Counted from the stretch's first letter, positions 48,885 through 59,843 are shown. The stretch: 64,000 nucleotides of DNA from Oribacterium sp. UBA4274 (GCA_002396005.1 DGVW01000052.1:9148-73147); one strand, 5' to 3'. Made by a program: numbers and translations. The notes: generated from the sequence alone by a model not told the origin.

Positions 48885-49838
48885 TCACTTGATCTTAATT
48901 ACATCTTTTGCGTTGGTATCAGAAATGATAAAGTGCGGCCGATTTTTAATTTCGAGATACATCTTTGAAATGTATTGTCCGATTACTCCAAGACATAAGA
49001 GCTGAATACCTCCTATAAATATCACTACACAGACCGTTGATGCCCATCCGGCTACCGGGTCACCAAAAAGTAATCTCCGGACAATTATAAAAATCAGCAT
49101 AACAAAGGATACTACTGTTATAAAAAGTCCACAGCCTGATACAAAGCTTAGTGGAGCCTGGGAAAAATTTATTATTCCCTCCAATGCATACTTCATAAGC
49201 TTCCAAAAATTCCACTTTGATTTACCGGCAGATCTTTCATGATTTTCATAAATCATCCAATACGTTCTGAATCCGATCCAGCCAAAAATGCCCTTAGAAA
49301 AACGATTGTACTCACACATGCTCAAAACGGCATCAACCATATCCCGTTTCATCAATCTGAAATCTCTGGCACCGGGCATGATGTCTGCATCAGAAAAACG
49401 GTTTATAATTTTATAGAACATATCTGAAAAAAAGCTGCGGACAGGCGGTTCACCCTTTCTATCCCCCCGACGTGCGGCAACGGAGTCATATTCTCCACTC
49501 TCCAGAACCTTAAGCATTTCCGGCAGGCACTCAGGCGGATCCTGCAGATCAACATCCATAACAGCTGTGTAATCGGAATGCGCATTGCAGAAGCCGGCAT
49601 ACATCGCAGCTTCTTTTCCAAAGTTTCTGGAAAAAGACAGATATTTTACATGTTCATCCTGCTGTGCCAATTGTTTCATGAAAGCTAATGTCCCATCCTT
49701 TGAACCGTCATTAACAAACAAAATCGTGTAATCATATGGAAGTCCACAAAGAACTTTTGTCACCTCCTGATAAAATACACCAATTGCTTCCTCCTCATTG
49801 AAGCAAGGGACTATTATCGTCAGACTTTTATTGCACAT
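48885..49838 (-). CDS. GT2 bactoprenol glycosyltransferase (GtrB/YkcC-like)
   Basis: VPCFNEE, NDGSKD, SRNFGKE.A, DVDLQDPP, DFRLM, two C-terminal TMs. Confidence 0.9.
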   Translation of the reverse strand: MCNKSLTIIVPCFNEEEAIGVFYQEVTKVLCGLPYDYTILFVNDGSKDGTLAFMKQLAQQDEHVKYLSFSRNFGKEAAMYAGFCNAHSDYTAVMDVDLQDPPECLPEMLKVLESGEYDSVAARRGDRKGEPPVRSFFSDMFYKIINRFSDADIMPGARDFRLMKRDMVDAVLSMCEYNRFSKGIFGWIGFRTYWMIYENHERSAGKSKWNFWKLMKYALEGIINFSQAPLSFVSGCGLFITVVSFVMLIFIIVRRLLFGDPVAGWASTVCVVIFIGGIQLLCLGVIGQYISKMYLEIKNRPHFIISDTNAKDVIKIK

Positions 49839-49841
49839 ATC

Positions 49842-51680
49842 TCATACCTCATCTTTGATACTCGAGACTTTAAAATCATATATAACACAATCACTTTTGA
49901 CATTATACATAAGAAGAAATTGCGAAACATCCATATCCTGTTCCGGTGCTATACAGCCTTCCCACCTCTTAGTATCAGGATTGTACTGCATAGTTATCCC
50001 ATGTACCTCCGACATATCGTATGATGCCAAAACCGGATAAAACTCAGCCGGTTCGCTCACAGAACTATAGGATACCTGGTAGACTGTATTGTGCTCATGT
50101 GCTCCGTCTTCAACATTTCCGATAAACACGTATCCGTTACCATCAACGCCAAAGTTCAGTTCTGTGTCCCTCTCATAGAGTACCTTTTCACTAAAAACTG
50201 CACGTCTGTCACCTATCAGTGCCGGTAGACCGGCCCCATTCTCCATAAGGACATTTCCGTAAACTCCTGCCCACAAAACCGTCACAAATGCACTGCCCAA
50301 AAATACATAGAAAAAATGTTCCTTCACAAAATTCCATGTCTTTCCGAGATCACCTGCATAACAAAGCACAGAAAACATACAGTAATATACCGGATAAAAG
50401 AACCTGATCTCCGGAGCATCAGAAACTTCCAAAACAGCCGGAATCACCAGCGCTACTATATAAAAGTTTCTCAAAAACGTCCCAAAAAGCTTTGGCCAGC
50501 TGACAAACACCACAAGCGCAGTCATGATCCACATGGCTACCACAAGCATAAAACGGACACTATGATTATCATAAAAATAGCGTATGTAATCTCCTGTAGT
50601 AATCGTCATAAGAGAAAAGAGATTTCTGCCGTATACACCCATCATATCAACCGGGTAATGCAAAAACATATACACCAGTTTAGATATCGAAAACTCTCCC
50701 TCAACTCTCTCAAGCAGATACGTTCCTGCTTTATCCTGATAGGCAATCCCCGGATATGGATACTCCATGTCAGTACCTATATAAGTATCATATTTGTATC
50801 TCTCTATACCCGACTGCAGTTCAAACAGTTCCTGTGTTCCTTCATAGTTCTCAATTTGTTCGTACAGAACCCTGGGAGTAAAGGTTCCACGATAATGATG
50901 ATTGATAATCATTTGCGGTGCTGCCGCAATCAGGATACCCGCTAAAAGCCCTGTTATGAAGCCAAAATTCCGAAGCAAAAAACTTTTTTTGGTGTCCTCA
51001 GGTAAACTATTTTTCATTTTTAACGCAATGGCGCCCAAATAATAAACCGCTAACAGCAGAAAGCCATACAGGTTAAGTATACGTATGTTATAGGCCAGGT
51101 ACATAGCAACACCCGACAGCAGCCCGAATCCGGCACTTCCTAAAGTCCGCCGTCCGCTGTCCCACCAGCAAAGTCCGAAATATACAGAAATCGAGAACAG
51201 TGCAAAGGAAGCTGTATCTGTCAAAGGAAACGGGATATCGTCAATAAAATAAAATATCATCAAAAGACTTCCGGTGATACCTATCCATACCCTTCCAGTG
51301 ATCCTCTTGATACGAAATATGCCCGGCAGAACAACAGAAAAAAAGGTACCGTAAAAACCTGCTCTCACAAACCAGAACAGGTAGTATGCCCCCATATCTC
51401 CAAAACTGCTTCCAAGTTTTTTAATGCCCCCATAAAACACCGGCAGAAAATATCCGCGAAAAGTTTCAGGGAATGACAATAAATCAAATCCGTGTTCAAA
51501 TACCGGATCGGCTTCATTCCAGTAATATCCTGCGTCAAAAGGAAAACTCAGTTCCCTTCTCATTATGAAGTATAAATAAAACAAAATTGCCGACACAAAA
51601 GAAGCGAGAGTGCGGCGCACCCTCTCATCCTTTATTGCATCAAAGCTAAATAGTAGTTTCTTATCTATAGCGGATTTCAT
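49842..51680 (-). CDS. polytopic membrane protein, candidate GT-C/GtrC-type glycosyltransferase
   Basis: About 11 TM helices; FDAGYY (acidic loop after TM1), FRGYFLP, TD..S, E.RFF.P; directly upstream of GtrB; start uncertain (51680 or 51698). Confidence 0.6.
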   Translation of the reverse strand: MKSAIDKKLLFSFDAIKDERVRRTLASFVSAILFYLYFIMRRELSFPFDAGYYWNEADPVFEHGFDLLSFPETFRGYFLPVFYGGIKKLGSSFGDMGAYYLFWFVRAGFYGTFFSVVLPGIFRIKRITGRVWIGITGSLLMIFYFIDDIPFPLTDTASFALFSISVYFGLCWWDSGRRTLGSAGFGLLSGVAMYLAYNIRILNLYGFLLLAVYYLGAIALKMKNSLPEDTKKSFLLRNFGFITGLLAGILIAAAPQMIINHHYRGTFTPRVLYEQIENYEGTQELFELQSGIERYKYDTYIGTDMEYPYPGIAYQDKAGTYLLERVEGEFSISKLVYMFLHYPVDMMGVYGRNLFSLMTITTGDYIRYFYDNHSVRFMLVVAMWIMTALVVFVSWPKLFGTFLRNFYIVALVIPAVLEVSDAPEIRFFYPVYYCMFSVLCYAGDLGKTWNFVKEHFFYVFLGSAFVTVLWAGVYGNVLMENGAGLPALIGDRRAVFSEKVLYERDTELNFGVDGNGYVFIGNVEDGAHEHNTVYQVSYSSVSEPAEFYPVLASYDMSEVHGITMQYNPDTKRWEGCIAPEQDMDVSQFLLMYNVKSDCVIYDFKVSSIKDEV

Positions 51681-51687
51681 ACAAAAC

Positions 51688-53181
51688 TCATCTCTCATTC
51701 AACCAATAATCAAACACAGCTCTTGCTACAGGTACAGCTGTTCGGCCTCCGGTTTCTCCTTCTTCCACCACAACGCAGACTGCGATTTCCGGGCCATCGT
51801 ATGGTGCAAACCCTGTGAACCAGGCATTGGTGATAGTCTCACCGTTTTTGCTCACTTCCGCAGAACCTGTTTTTCCTGCCGCCGCGTATTCAGCATCCCT
51901 GAGTTTTGACGCGGTTCCGTCTGTTACTACTGACCTCATAAAGGAACCAAGCAGACTCGCTTCCTTCTCTGTAAGCAGCTGCTTTTCTGCAGAATCCTCA
52001 AAAACCTTGATAACATTTCCCTCTGAGGACTGCACTTGTTTAAGTAACTTAGGCTCAACCAATACACCCTTGTTGGCAATGGCCGATGCAAGGATGACCT
52101 CATGCAGCGGGCTCATCATAGTCTCTCCCTGTCCGATAGCAGTCTGCATCATAGTCCATATACCGGAATCCTCAGTAACTGTAAATCTGCTCTTACTGGA
52201 GGATATGTCTATAGGAAGCTCCTGATTGAACAAAAGCTGATCTGCTGTTTCCATAAGTTTCTTCTTATCAACAAGTGTCCCGATCTTGGCAAATGCTGAA
52301 TTACAGGAGTAGGCAAATGCAGTGTGCAGGTCTTCTGCACCATGAACCTCACCGCTGTAGCAGTGCACTACATAATCATCATCTGCCGGATCCCGGTACT
52401 TCCCATCACAATTGAAGGCAAAATTCTGATAATCATCAGGATGCTCACGTATATACTCAAGCGCCATAACAATCTTAAATGTTGAGCCCGGAGCATATAG
52501 TCCCTGTGTGCATCTGTTCAGAAGCGGACCTGCTGATGACGAATCATTGACTATGCTGTCCCAATCCGTAACTATCGTATTGGGATCAAAGCTCGGCTTT
52601 GAGGCCATGGCGAGGACCTCTCCTGTTTTGGGGTTCACCGCTATAACTGCACCGTTATGCTCCCCCAAAGCTTCGTAAGCTACCTGCTGCAGTCCGGCGT
52701 CAAGGCTTACGATGACATTATCTCCGAGGCTCTTTTTCTCAGTAATTTCATTGGCCACCTGAATCACAGGGTTTGAGTTTGATTCCATGAGATAAAAATT
52801 GGCCAATGCCTCGATACCGGTCTTACCCTTGGTGGAGTATCCGACAGATTGGGCAAATACTCTGCCGAAAGGATACTGTCTTGTCTCTGTATATGTACCA
52901 TCGGGGTTGTCCGATCCGTCTTTGTTTTTACGCGTATCAGTAACCTCAGTTCTGGCAAGCACCTGACCGTCTGATGATATGATAGCCCCCCTTACAAATC
53001 TGTTGTTGAATACTTCCATTCGGGGATTGTAGGAATTTCCCATCAGATCATCTGAACGCCAACCGATGAAATAAACCATATATCCGATCATGGCCAAAAA
53101 CAGAAATGCAAAAAAGTATATGCACCCTATGATATTTTTATTTGATTTTCTCATATGTAAACGAGAGTTTTTATTTGACAT
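51688..53181 (-). CDS. class B penicillin-binding transpeptidase (PbpA-like)
   Basis: GSTFK (SxxK), SCN (SxN), KTG motifs; N-terminal TM. Confidence 0.92.
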   Translation of the reverse strand: MSNKNSRLHMRKSNKNIIGCIYFFAFLFLAMIGYMVYFIGWRSDDLMGNSYNPRMEVFNNRFVRGAIISSDGQVLARTEVTDTRKNKDGSDNPDGTYTETRQYPFGRVFAQSVGYSTKGKTGIEALANFYLMESNSNPVIQVANEITEKKSLGDNVIVSLDAGLQQVAYEALGEHNGAVIAVNPKTGEVLAMASKPSFDPNTIVTDWDSIVNDSSSAGPLLNRCTQGLYAPGSTFKIVMALEYIREHPDDYQNFAFNCDGKYRDPADDDYVVHCYSGEVHGAEDLHTAFAYSCNSAFAKIGTLVDKKKLMETADQLLFNQELPIDISSSKSRFTVTEDSGIWTMMQTAIGQGETMMSPLHEVILASAIANKGVLVEPKLLKQVQSSEGNVIKVFEDSAEKQLLTEKEASLLGSFMRSVVTDGTASKLRDAEYAAAGKTGSAEVSKNGETITNAWFTGFAPYDGPEIAVCVVVEEGETGGRTAVPVARAVFDYWLNER

Positions 53182-53214
53182 CTGGCATCACCTTCAACTC
53201 AATTCTCCGGAAAG

Positions 53215-54711
53215 TCAAAATCCAAGATCCTCTGCAGAAACCTTCTCACTTTTATAATGAGGATCATCTTCTATATCTTCCATGTCATAATCAGAGTCAA
53301 TATAATCTGTATCATCGTATCCCGAATCCTCATTCAGTGGCTCATCATACGAAAGTCTGTCGGGCCTTCCTGCCGCACGCCGCTCCAACACCTCGATTTC
53401 ATCTGCTTCATCCTCATTACCCTGTATGATATAGAGCGCCTGAATTATGGCAAATACGATGAATGCAGACACAAGTGACGATCCGCCGTAGCTTACAAAG
53501 GGCAGCGTCACACCGGTTGACGGGATAAACTTGATTGAACCTCCGATAGTGAGAAACACCTGTACTATATACTCGATAGCAAGCCCAACTGATACATACT
53601 TATAGAAAGCAGATTCCATATAAGTTGCTATAAGCATCATCTGCATAAAGCATCCCAGGCATACCAGAACTATACAGATGGCTGTTAATGCTCCCATCTC
53701 TTCTGATATCGCAGATATGATGAAGTCTTTTTCGACGATAGGAATCTTATTGGGCAAGCCCTGATATAGACCGAGACCTACAAAGCCTCCGGTTCCGATA
53801 GCAAAAAGTGACTGTGTTATCTGATAACCCTTATTGTCCATATCCGCCCACGGGTCCATCCATGCAAATACTCTGGTACGCACATGACTGAAAGAAAAAT
53901 AGGAAAAGACCGCTGCAAGACACATGGAAACATTGCCAAGAAACAGATACATAAAATTGTTTGTGGATATGAAAAGCATCACAAGATACGCAATGAAAAA
54001 TATCAGAGCTGCTCCCAGATCCTTGCACAGAACGAGAATCAGCATATGAACTGCCGCCACCAGTGAAGTAACACAGATATCCTTAAAATCTTCAGCATAA
54101 CTCAGCATGCCGGCGGTAGCGAGAACAAAGGTAATCTTCACTATCTCAGATGCCTGAAAGGTGAAGCCCGCTATGGAGATAGACATTTTCGCCCCATAGC
54201 TGGTGGCACCGATAATGAGAACTATCCCCTGCAGTATTATACCTATGGCAGCAAATATGTATCTCCATCTCACAAGATCCCAGACCCTGTCTATGATATA
54301 CGGAACGGCAAGGGAGATGACAGCCGAACCCACTATGATTGCAAACTGTTTTATAGCCTTACTCATATCAAGTCTCTCAAGTATGATCATACCGTAGGCC
54401 AAAAAGAAAACAGTGTTGTTTAAAAGCAATCGATTGATATTCCGATACAAATATGTGGATAAAAATGTATATGCCAGAAAAAATATCAGCTGAATCCCAT
54501 AAAAAACTATGACTTCCACGCTTCCGGTCTTTAGATAAATGGTGAGATTCATCAGAAAATGGACCAGCAAAATGATGCGAAGCTGCCAGTCGCACAGCGG
54601 ATTCGCATCATCCTGATCCGGTATTGATAAAAATCTGAAATTGCAATATGTATACAGAACTATCAACAGTAACTGAATATATTTTGTAGCTGTAATGTAT
54701 AAATTGATCAT
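53215..54711 (-). CDS. FtsW/RodA/SpoVE (SEDS) protein
   Basis: FQASEIVK, DLGAA, GYQ..QSL.AIG.GG, DFI.S.I.EE.G, TGVTLPFVSYGGSS. Confidence 0.92.
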   Translation of the reverse strand: MINLYITATKYIQLLLIVLYTYCNFRFLSIPDQDDANPLCDWQLRIILLVHFLMNLTIYLKTGSVEVIVFYGIQLIFFLAYTFLSTYLYRNINRLLLNNTVFFLAYGMIILERLDMSKAIKQFAIIVGSAVISLAVPYIIDRVWDLVRWRYIFAAIGIILQGIVLIIGATSYGAKMSISIAGFTFQASEIVKITFVLATAGMLSYAEDFKDICVTSLVAAVHMLILVLCKDLGAALIFFIAYLVMLFISTNNFMYLFLGNVSMCLAAVFSYFSFSHVRTRVFAWMDPWADMDNKGYQITQSLFAIGTGGFVGLGLYQGLPNKIPIVEKDFIISAISEEMGALTAICIVLVCLGCFMQMMLIATYMESAFYKYVSVGLAIEYIVQVFLTIGGSIKFIPSTGVTLPFVSYGGSSLVSAFIVFAIIQALYIIQGNEDEADEIEVLERRAAGRPDRLSYDEPLNEDSGYDDTDYIDSDYDMEDIEDDPHYKSEKVSAEDLGF

Positions 54712-54849
54712 ATTAAACTTTCATGCTGTATCTCTGAATCATGTCATCACGAGCATATCATAAATCAATATACTATCATGCCCGGAAGGCTATCCGTAAC
54801 CTGGTGTAGTGTATATTCATGTACCCGCCCTAATGGTCATTATGTATGA

Positions 54850-55902
54850 TCACTCGATGCCATGTCTGAAATGTCCTCTTGTGATATTTTTAGGTATGGC
54901 TCCCGAAAGCACTGAAAGTACTTCTCTGCCCGTTTCTACCGTAAAATCATATCTCACATATTCCGGATCAAGCTGATATATCTCGCTCTCACAATCGTAA
55001 AGAACCAATGGCTCTGCATTGAAAATCTGATTATAGCAGTACTTGCAGTAGCACCTTACAGGCATATCCTTCTGCATACGATCTCTCAGCTTGAGAATGC
55101 GGTTTCTATGATCGCATCTGTCTGAAGTTCTCTGTATGCAATTGGCACTCACCATCATAGGCAGATGTCCGTAAACCAGCACATCATATGGTATCTGTGC
55201 CATGCGGTCCTCCCGGTTCCTCAGGGCATGCCTGAGATTAACACACTCTCTGTATGTAAGCTCTATAGGATATGTAAGCTTCTCCGCCCCAAGTTCCAGC
55301 AGCATAGACACAGCTTCCGTGTTGTAGCCATAACAAGTATAGTCGAAGACCTTCTTTATGTGGCTTAAACCTTTATTACCACTTTCTGAAGTCTCAAGTT
55401 CGGAAAGCATCATCGCCTCGTCATAACTTCTGATGAGAATTACATCCGGAGCAGAGTCCTTATCCATAAGTCTCTGTACCAGTTCCAGTGAATCAAGACA
55501 TGGATCCGTATCTCTCTCGATACGTCTGAGTCTGAGTCCCGCAATTTTTCCTGCACCATGTATCCCTCTTATGATTTCTGCAAATGCCTCTGCCTCAGCC
55601 TCCTTTTTATCTTTTGCTTTTCCGGCTTCGGAAGCATTTGCATTTCTGGAAAATCCGAAACAGGCTTCATCCACATATATGCACTTTACAGCATTGACCG
55701 AAAGCACAGCTTTTAACTGGGCGTCTGTTTCTACAGACACAGAAACCTGTGATTTCCAATCCTCCGCAGAGGTTCCGTAGGTTATTGCTTCTCTAGTTTC
55801 TTTAGCGGTACCAGATCTGCCTGCACCTGAATTACGAGCTTTTACACTTTTCTGATCCGATTTTCCTTTATTCTGCTGTCGTGAGTTGTCTCTCCGAGCC
55901 AC
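54850..55902 (-). CDS. C-terminal part of U32-family protein (separate ORF or frameshifted fragment)
   Basis: YN..A, ELT, YGHLPMMVSANC, L.DR, CYCKYC, TRGHF..G typical of the C-terminal half of long clostridial U32 proteins; GTG start with GAGGAG upstream. Confidence 0.65.
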   Translation of the reverse strand: MARRDNSRQQNKGKSDQKSVKARNSGAGRSGTAKETREAITYGTSAEDWKSQVSVSVETDAQLKAVLSVNAVKCIYVDEACFGFSRNANASEAGKAKDKKEAEAEAFAEIIRGIHGAGKIAGLRLRRIERDTDPCLDSLELVQRLMDKDSAPDVILIRSYDEAMMLSELETSESGNKGLSHIKKVFDYTCYGYNTEAVSMLLELGAEKLTYPIELTYRECVNLRHALRNREDRMAQIPYDVLVYGHLPMMVSANCIQRTSDRCDHRNRILKLRDRMQKDMPVRCYCKYCYNQIFNAEPLVLYDCESEIYQLDPEYVRYDFTVETGREVLSVLSGAIPKNITRGHFRHGIE

Positions 55903-57268
55903 TTAATATCTCCTCTTCATACATATCCAGTGCTGTACGTCTCAATTGGTTGAGCTTACCCACCGGATAAAAAGCATTACCCTCTATATGTACATTTACT
56001 TTGTCCAGAGTAAATGCAGTCCCTCCTGTTTTCCTGAGTCTCGCTTCCACATCTTGAGCTGTAACCGGATGACTCTCTGCAAAAGCCACCTGCTCATCCG
56101 AAACAGCTGTGACCATCCTGCCGGAAGCATCGCTCAGTATAAGTACCGCAGGTGATCCTACACTTATAGTCATGTCAGCATCCAATGAAATAGTCCGGTT
56201 CTTAAGGATGAACTCTGATTCAATATAAGAAAGAACCTCCTTATCCACCTCACGGAACTTTTTCTCCTCTATAGCTATCATATCAGCACCATTATGCTTC
56301 TTGAGATAGCTTGTAACTCCGCCACGGTCAAATACCTCTCTCAGGATCTTCACATCCTTCGGCAAAACACTGTACCTGTCGATTTCTCCGTCTATATACT
56401 TTATGGCAAGATCGAGATACTTCCTATACACACTTACAACTCCCGCTGTATATATCGGAGATTTCATGCGGCCCTCGATCTTGAAGCTGTAAGCTCCTGC
56501 CTGTATAAGTTCAGGTAAAAGATCTATGGTCTGCATATCCTTCATGCTGAGAAGATATCCCTTTTTGTGGGTTTCTGACTGCTTCCCGGATTTTAATCTT
56601 GCCCCGTCACCATCTAATGCTGTCTCACCTCGGTTTATCGCCTCATAACACAAGCGGCAGGTGCCGGCACACCGGCCTCGGTTTCCTGACCTTCCGCCCA
56701 GAAGTGATGACATAAAACACGCTCCCGAAAAGCTGTAGCACATGGCACCATGGCAGAACACCTCAAGCTCCATACCTGTCTCTTCATGGATACGCCTGAT
56801 TTCAGACAGACTCAGTTCTCTGCTGCAAACTGCCCTTGTCATTCCGAATTTCTGTGCCATGCGGGCGCCATTAACACTTGAAATGGTATCCTGCGTACTT
56901 GCATGTACCTCAAGTCCCGGAAACATCTCATGGATTTTTTTAACTGCGCCGAGATCCTGCATGATCAGTCCATCCACACCGGCTTCATAATATGGTTTTA
57001 TGTACGAAAAAAGCTCTTTAAGTTCCATGTCCTTAAAGAGTATATTTACCGTCATATATAATTTTACCGAGAAGAGATGACAGTAACGGATGGCCTCCAT
57101 CACCATATCTTCCTCCTCGGCCTTTGCTGAATCCGCGTAGGCGCGGGCGCCGAACTTTCTGCCACCCATATATATGGCATCGGCTCCTGCATTGACCGCT
57201 GCAACAACAGATTTAAATGACCCCGCCGGTGCCAGCAACTCTACGCGCTTATCTCTAACAATCTTCAT
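55868..57268 (-). CDS. U32-family (RlhA/TrhP-like Fe-S hydroxylase) N-terminal part with DUF3656-like region
   Basis: ELLAPAG, GADAIY.G, HASTQ, E.F.HGA.C.S.SG.C...NRGRC...CR, KIEGRMK; stops 35 nt into the next ORF. Confidence 0.85.
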   Translation of the reverse strand: MKIVRDKRVELLAPAGSFKSVVAAVNAGADAIYMGGRKFGARAYADSAKAEEEDMVMEAIRYCHLFSVKLYMTVNILFKDMELKELFSYIKPYYEAGVDGLIMQDLGAVKKIHEMFPGLEVHASTQDTISSVNGARMAQKFGMTRAVCSRELSLSEIRRIHEETGMELEVFCHGAMCYSFSGACFMSSLLGGRSGNRGRCAGTCRLCYEAINRGETALDGDGARLKSGKQSETHKKGYLLSMKDMQTIDLLPELIQAGAYSFKIEGRMKSPIYTAGVVSVYRKYLDLAIKYIDGEIDRYSVLPKDVKILREVFDRGGVTSYLKKHNGADMIAIEEKKFREVDKEVLSYIESEFILKNRTISLDADMTISVGSPAVLILSDASGRMVTAVSDEQVAFAESHPVTAQDVEARLRKTGGTAFTLDKVNVHIEGNAFYPVGKLNQLRRTALDMYEEEILSGSERQLTTAE

Positions 57269-57273
57269 AAAAA

Positions 57274-57729
57274 TCAGTTCTTTTTCCTTGTTCCCGAAGA
57301 TATGGAAGTAACATTCTCCTCTTCAGAAAGTGCTCTGTCTCTCGCATTCCTTGCCGCCAGTTTGGTTTCAGCCTCTGCAAGACGTTTCTGAGTATTCTCA
57401 AGCTCTTTTAATGTTGTCTCCAGCTTGACCTGCATGTTTACCAGATCATGCTTAGCACTGTAGCTCTCACGCTCAGCCTCATCCTTGTCTCTCTCAAACT
57501 TACGGGTTTTATCCTGCTCGCGGAAAAGATCGTCACAGATATTGATTTCCAGCAATAAAGCCTTCAGATTATCATCAAGCTTATTGTAATTGGATATCTG
57601 TCTCTTGAAATCCAGAATCTTCTGATTGAGATAACTTGCAACCTCATGCATATATCCTTCGGTAGCATTGCCCGAAAGCTGATAAATCTTTCCGTCTATA
57701 ACTACTTCTACTGTTTTCTTTTCTGCCAT
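57274..57729 (-). CDS. zapA: cell division protein ZapA family
   Basis: V.V.I.G..Y.L.G...E.Y...VA.Y, NICDD then coiled coil; start MAEKK at 57729. Confidence 0.8.
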   Translation of the reverse strand: MAEKKTVEVVIDGKIYQLSGNATEGYMHEVASYLNQKILDFKRQISNYNKLDDNLKALLLEINICDDLFREQDKTRKFERDKDEAERESYSAKHDLVNMQVKLETTLKELENTQKRLAEAETKLAARNARDRALSEEENVTSISSGTRKKN

Positions 57730-58006
57730 AGGTTTACTCTCTATTCTTTCCTGACAAGCATCATGCCAATGTTTTATCAAATGTTATCATTATCCGGATA
57801 CATCCGGCTCATATATCATAGTTTCTATAGAAGTCCGAAATCTCTGTCTATCAGAGACTTCGTCAAAAATACACCGAATATTACTACACAACCGGAGATT
57901 TGTCAAATTTATTGTACCACACTTTAACGAAACATTTGAATCAATCTGAAAATGCCATATCATCTCTCCTTAATTGATTTATAGCTTCTAAACCTCAGCT
58001 GACCTG

Positions 58007-59017
58007 TCATAAATCAAGTGTTTCCTGATGCGGAATCCCGAGATGCCTGTAGGCATTTTGAGTGGCAACACGTCCTCTCGGTGTCCTGTTAATGAGTCCG
58101 TTCATCAGAAGATACGGTTCATATACATCCTCTATGGTTCCGCTGTCCTCACCGAGAGCTGCTGCCAGGGTTTCAACTCCCACAGGTCCTCCGTTAAACT
58201 TCTCGATAATTGTCAAAAGATAGGTTCTGTCATTCTGATCCAGGCCCAGCTTATCGACATCCAGTATATCAAGGGCCATATCTGCAGCTTCTCTCGTGAT
58301 ACGACCGCCGTACTTTACATCCGCAAAATCTCTTACTCTCTTGAGAAGACGGTTTGCAAGTCTAGGTGTTCCTCTGGATCTCAATGCTATACGCTCAGCA
58401 CCCTCATCATCTATCTCAACATCCAAAACTCCTGCAGAACGAAGCACTATCTGTTTAAGTTCATCCTTATTATAAAACTCCAGCTTGGAAATGATACCGA
58501 ATCTGTCTCTCAAAGGCGCAGAAAGGAGACCAGCTCTCGTGGTAGCACCAATCAAAGTGAAGTGAGGCAGATCCAGCCTTATGGATCTTGCTGTTGCATC
58601 CTTACCGAGCATGATATCTATGGCGAAATCCTCCATGGCAGGATACAGTACCTCTTCGACCTGACGATTGAGTCTGTGTATCTCATCCACAAAAAGCACG
58701 TCACCTTCCGAAAGTCCGTTCAGTATCGCCGCAATCTCTCCCGGCTTTTCGATGGCCGGACCGGAAGTGACCTTTATATTGACTCCAAGTTCATTGGCGA
58801 TAATGTTGGAAATAGTAGTTTTTCCAAGTCCCGGAGGTCCGTAAAAGAGGCAATGGTCCAAAGACTCGCCACGATTCTTGGCTGCGGCGATATAGACCTT
58901 CATCATCTCCTTAAGCTTGGACTGTCCAATATATGAGTCCAGGGACTGTGGCCTGATCTTCGGGGCCAACTGTTTGTCTTCTACTGTTTCATCTGTGTTA
59001 ATAACTCGACGTTCCAT
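58007..59017 (-). CDS. ruvB: Holliday junction branch migration helicase RuvB
   Basis: [42 protein letters not shown]. Confidence 0.98.
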   Translation of the reverse strand: MERRVINTDETVEDKQLAPKIRPQSLDSYIGQSKLKEMMKVYIAAAKNRGESLDHCLFYGPPGLGKTTISNIIANELGVNIKVTSGPAIEKPGEIAAILNGLSEGDVLFVDEIHRLNRQVEEVLYPAMEDFAIDIMLGKDATARSIRLDLPHFTLIGATTRAGLLSAPLRDRFGIISKLEFYNKDELKQIVLRSAGVLDVEIDDEGAERIALRSRGTPRLANRLLKRVRDFADVKYGGRITREAADMALDILDVDKLGLDQNDRTYLLTIIEKFNGGPVGVETLAAALGEDSGTIEDVYEPYLLMNGLINRTPRGRVATQNAYRHLGIPHQETLDL

Positions 59018-59210
59018 CTATCAAAAAATTCCTTTTTAGTTTTTGACTGTTTCCCTTATAAATATGCTTTTCTATTCAGTACCTAATGATCTTTTACATG
59101 TTACAATCACAGTTAACCCTATAAAACTTAACTCTCACTGTAATTATAACCCTCTAAGATATGTGCCTGAAAACGGAAATATGAATGCTCAGCAAAAAAT
59201 GTTTCTAGGA

Positions 59211-59843
59211 TTACAGGAAACTGAGATTTTTGAGACTGAGTTTCAATATCTGATCTACTGTCATGTCCTTCGTTATCTCAACCTTCTTAACAGCCTTGCC
59301 GGCTTCCATCTCAGAATAGCCGAGAGCCACCAATGCCTCAATCGCTTCTTTGGCAGCACTGTGGGAAACTGCTGCGCCTCCAATTGATGCTGCGCCACTG
59401 TTCTCCGCTCCATGATCCAGAGCACTGCTGAATACCTCTGTGGCATCAAGCTTGTCTTTTAAGTCAAGAACTATGCGCTGCGCCGTCTTGCTTCCAACGC
59501 CCGGAGCTCTGGAGATAGCCTTGCTGTCTCCCGTGACTATAGCCATACGGAGATCGTCCGGTGTCAAAGCACTAAGTATACCGAGGGCAGCCTTTGGACC
59601 CACACCGCTGACACTGAGGAGCATGGTAAACATCTCTCTGTCGCCCGGCGTCCAGAAGCCACACAGATCAACACCGTTCTGAGTGACAGAAAAATATGTA
59701 TATATCTTAACTTCCTCGCCTATGGACGGAAGCTTCCCGATAAGTGTAGCCGGTACTCTGATACCGTAGCCGACTCCTGACGCTTCCACAACTATCATCC
59801 CGTCCTGAACTTCCGCGAGTTCTCCATGTATAAAACTGATCAT
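59211..59843 (-). CDS. ruvA: Holliday junction branch migration protein RuvA
   Basis: MISFIHG, GVGY, LL.VSGVGPK.A, PGVG.KTA.RI..DLK.K, AL.ALGY. Confidence 0.97.
   Translation of the reverse strand: MISFIHGELAEVQDGMIVVEASGVGYGIRVPATLIGKLPSIGEEVKIYTYFSVTQNGVDLCGFWTPGDREMFTMLLSVSGVGPKAALGILSALTPDDLRMAIVTGDSKAISRAPGVGSKTAQRIVLDLKDKLDATEVFSSALDHGAENSGAASIGGAAVSHSAAKEAIEALVALGYSEMEAGKAVKKVEITKDMTVDQILKLSLKNLSFL

Noticed and set aside
58028-58936. 302-aa plus-strand ORF
   Set aside because: Antisense shadow of ruvB with no recognisable motifs
59043-59387. 114-aa plus-strand ORF spanning the ruvB-ruvA gap
   Set aside because: TTG start without RBS, AT-rich intergenic start, overlaps ruvA antisense
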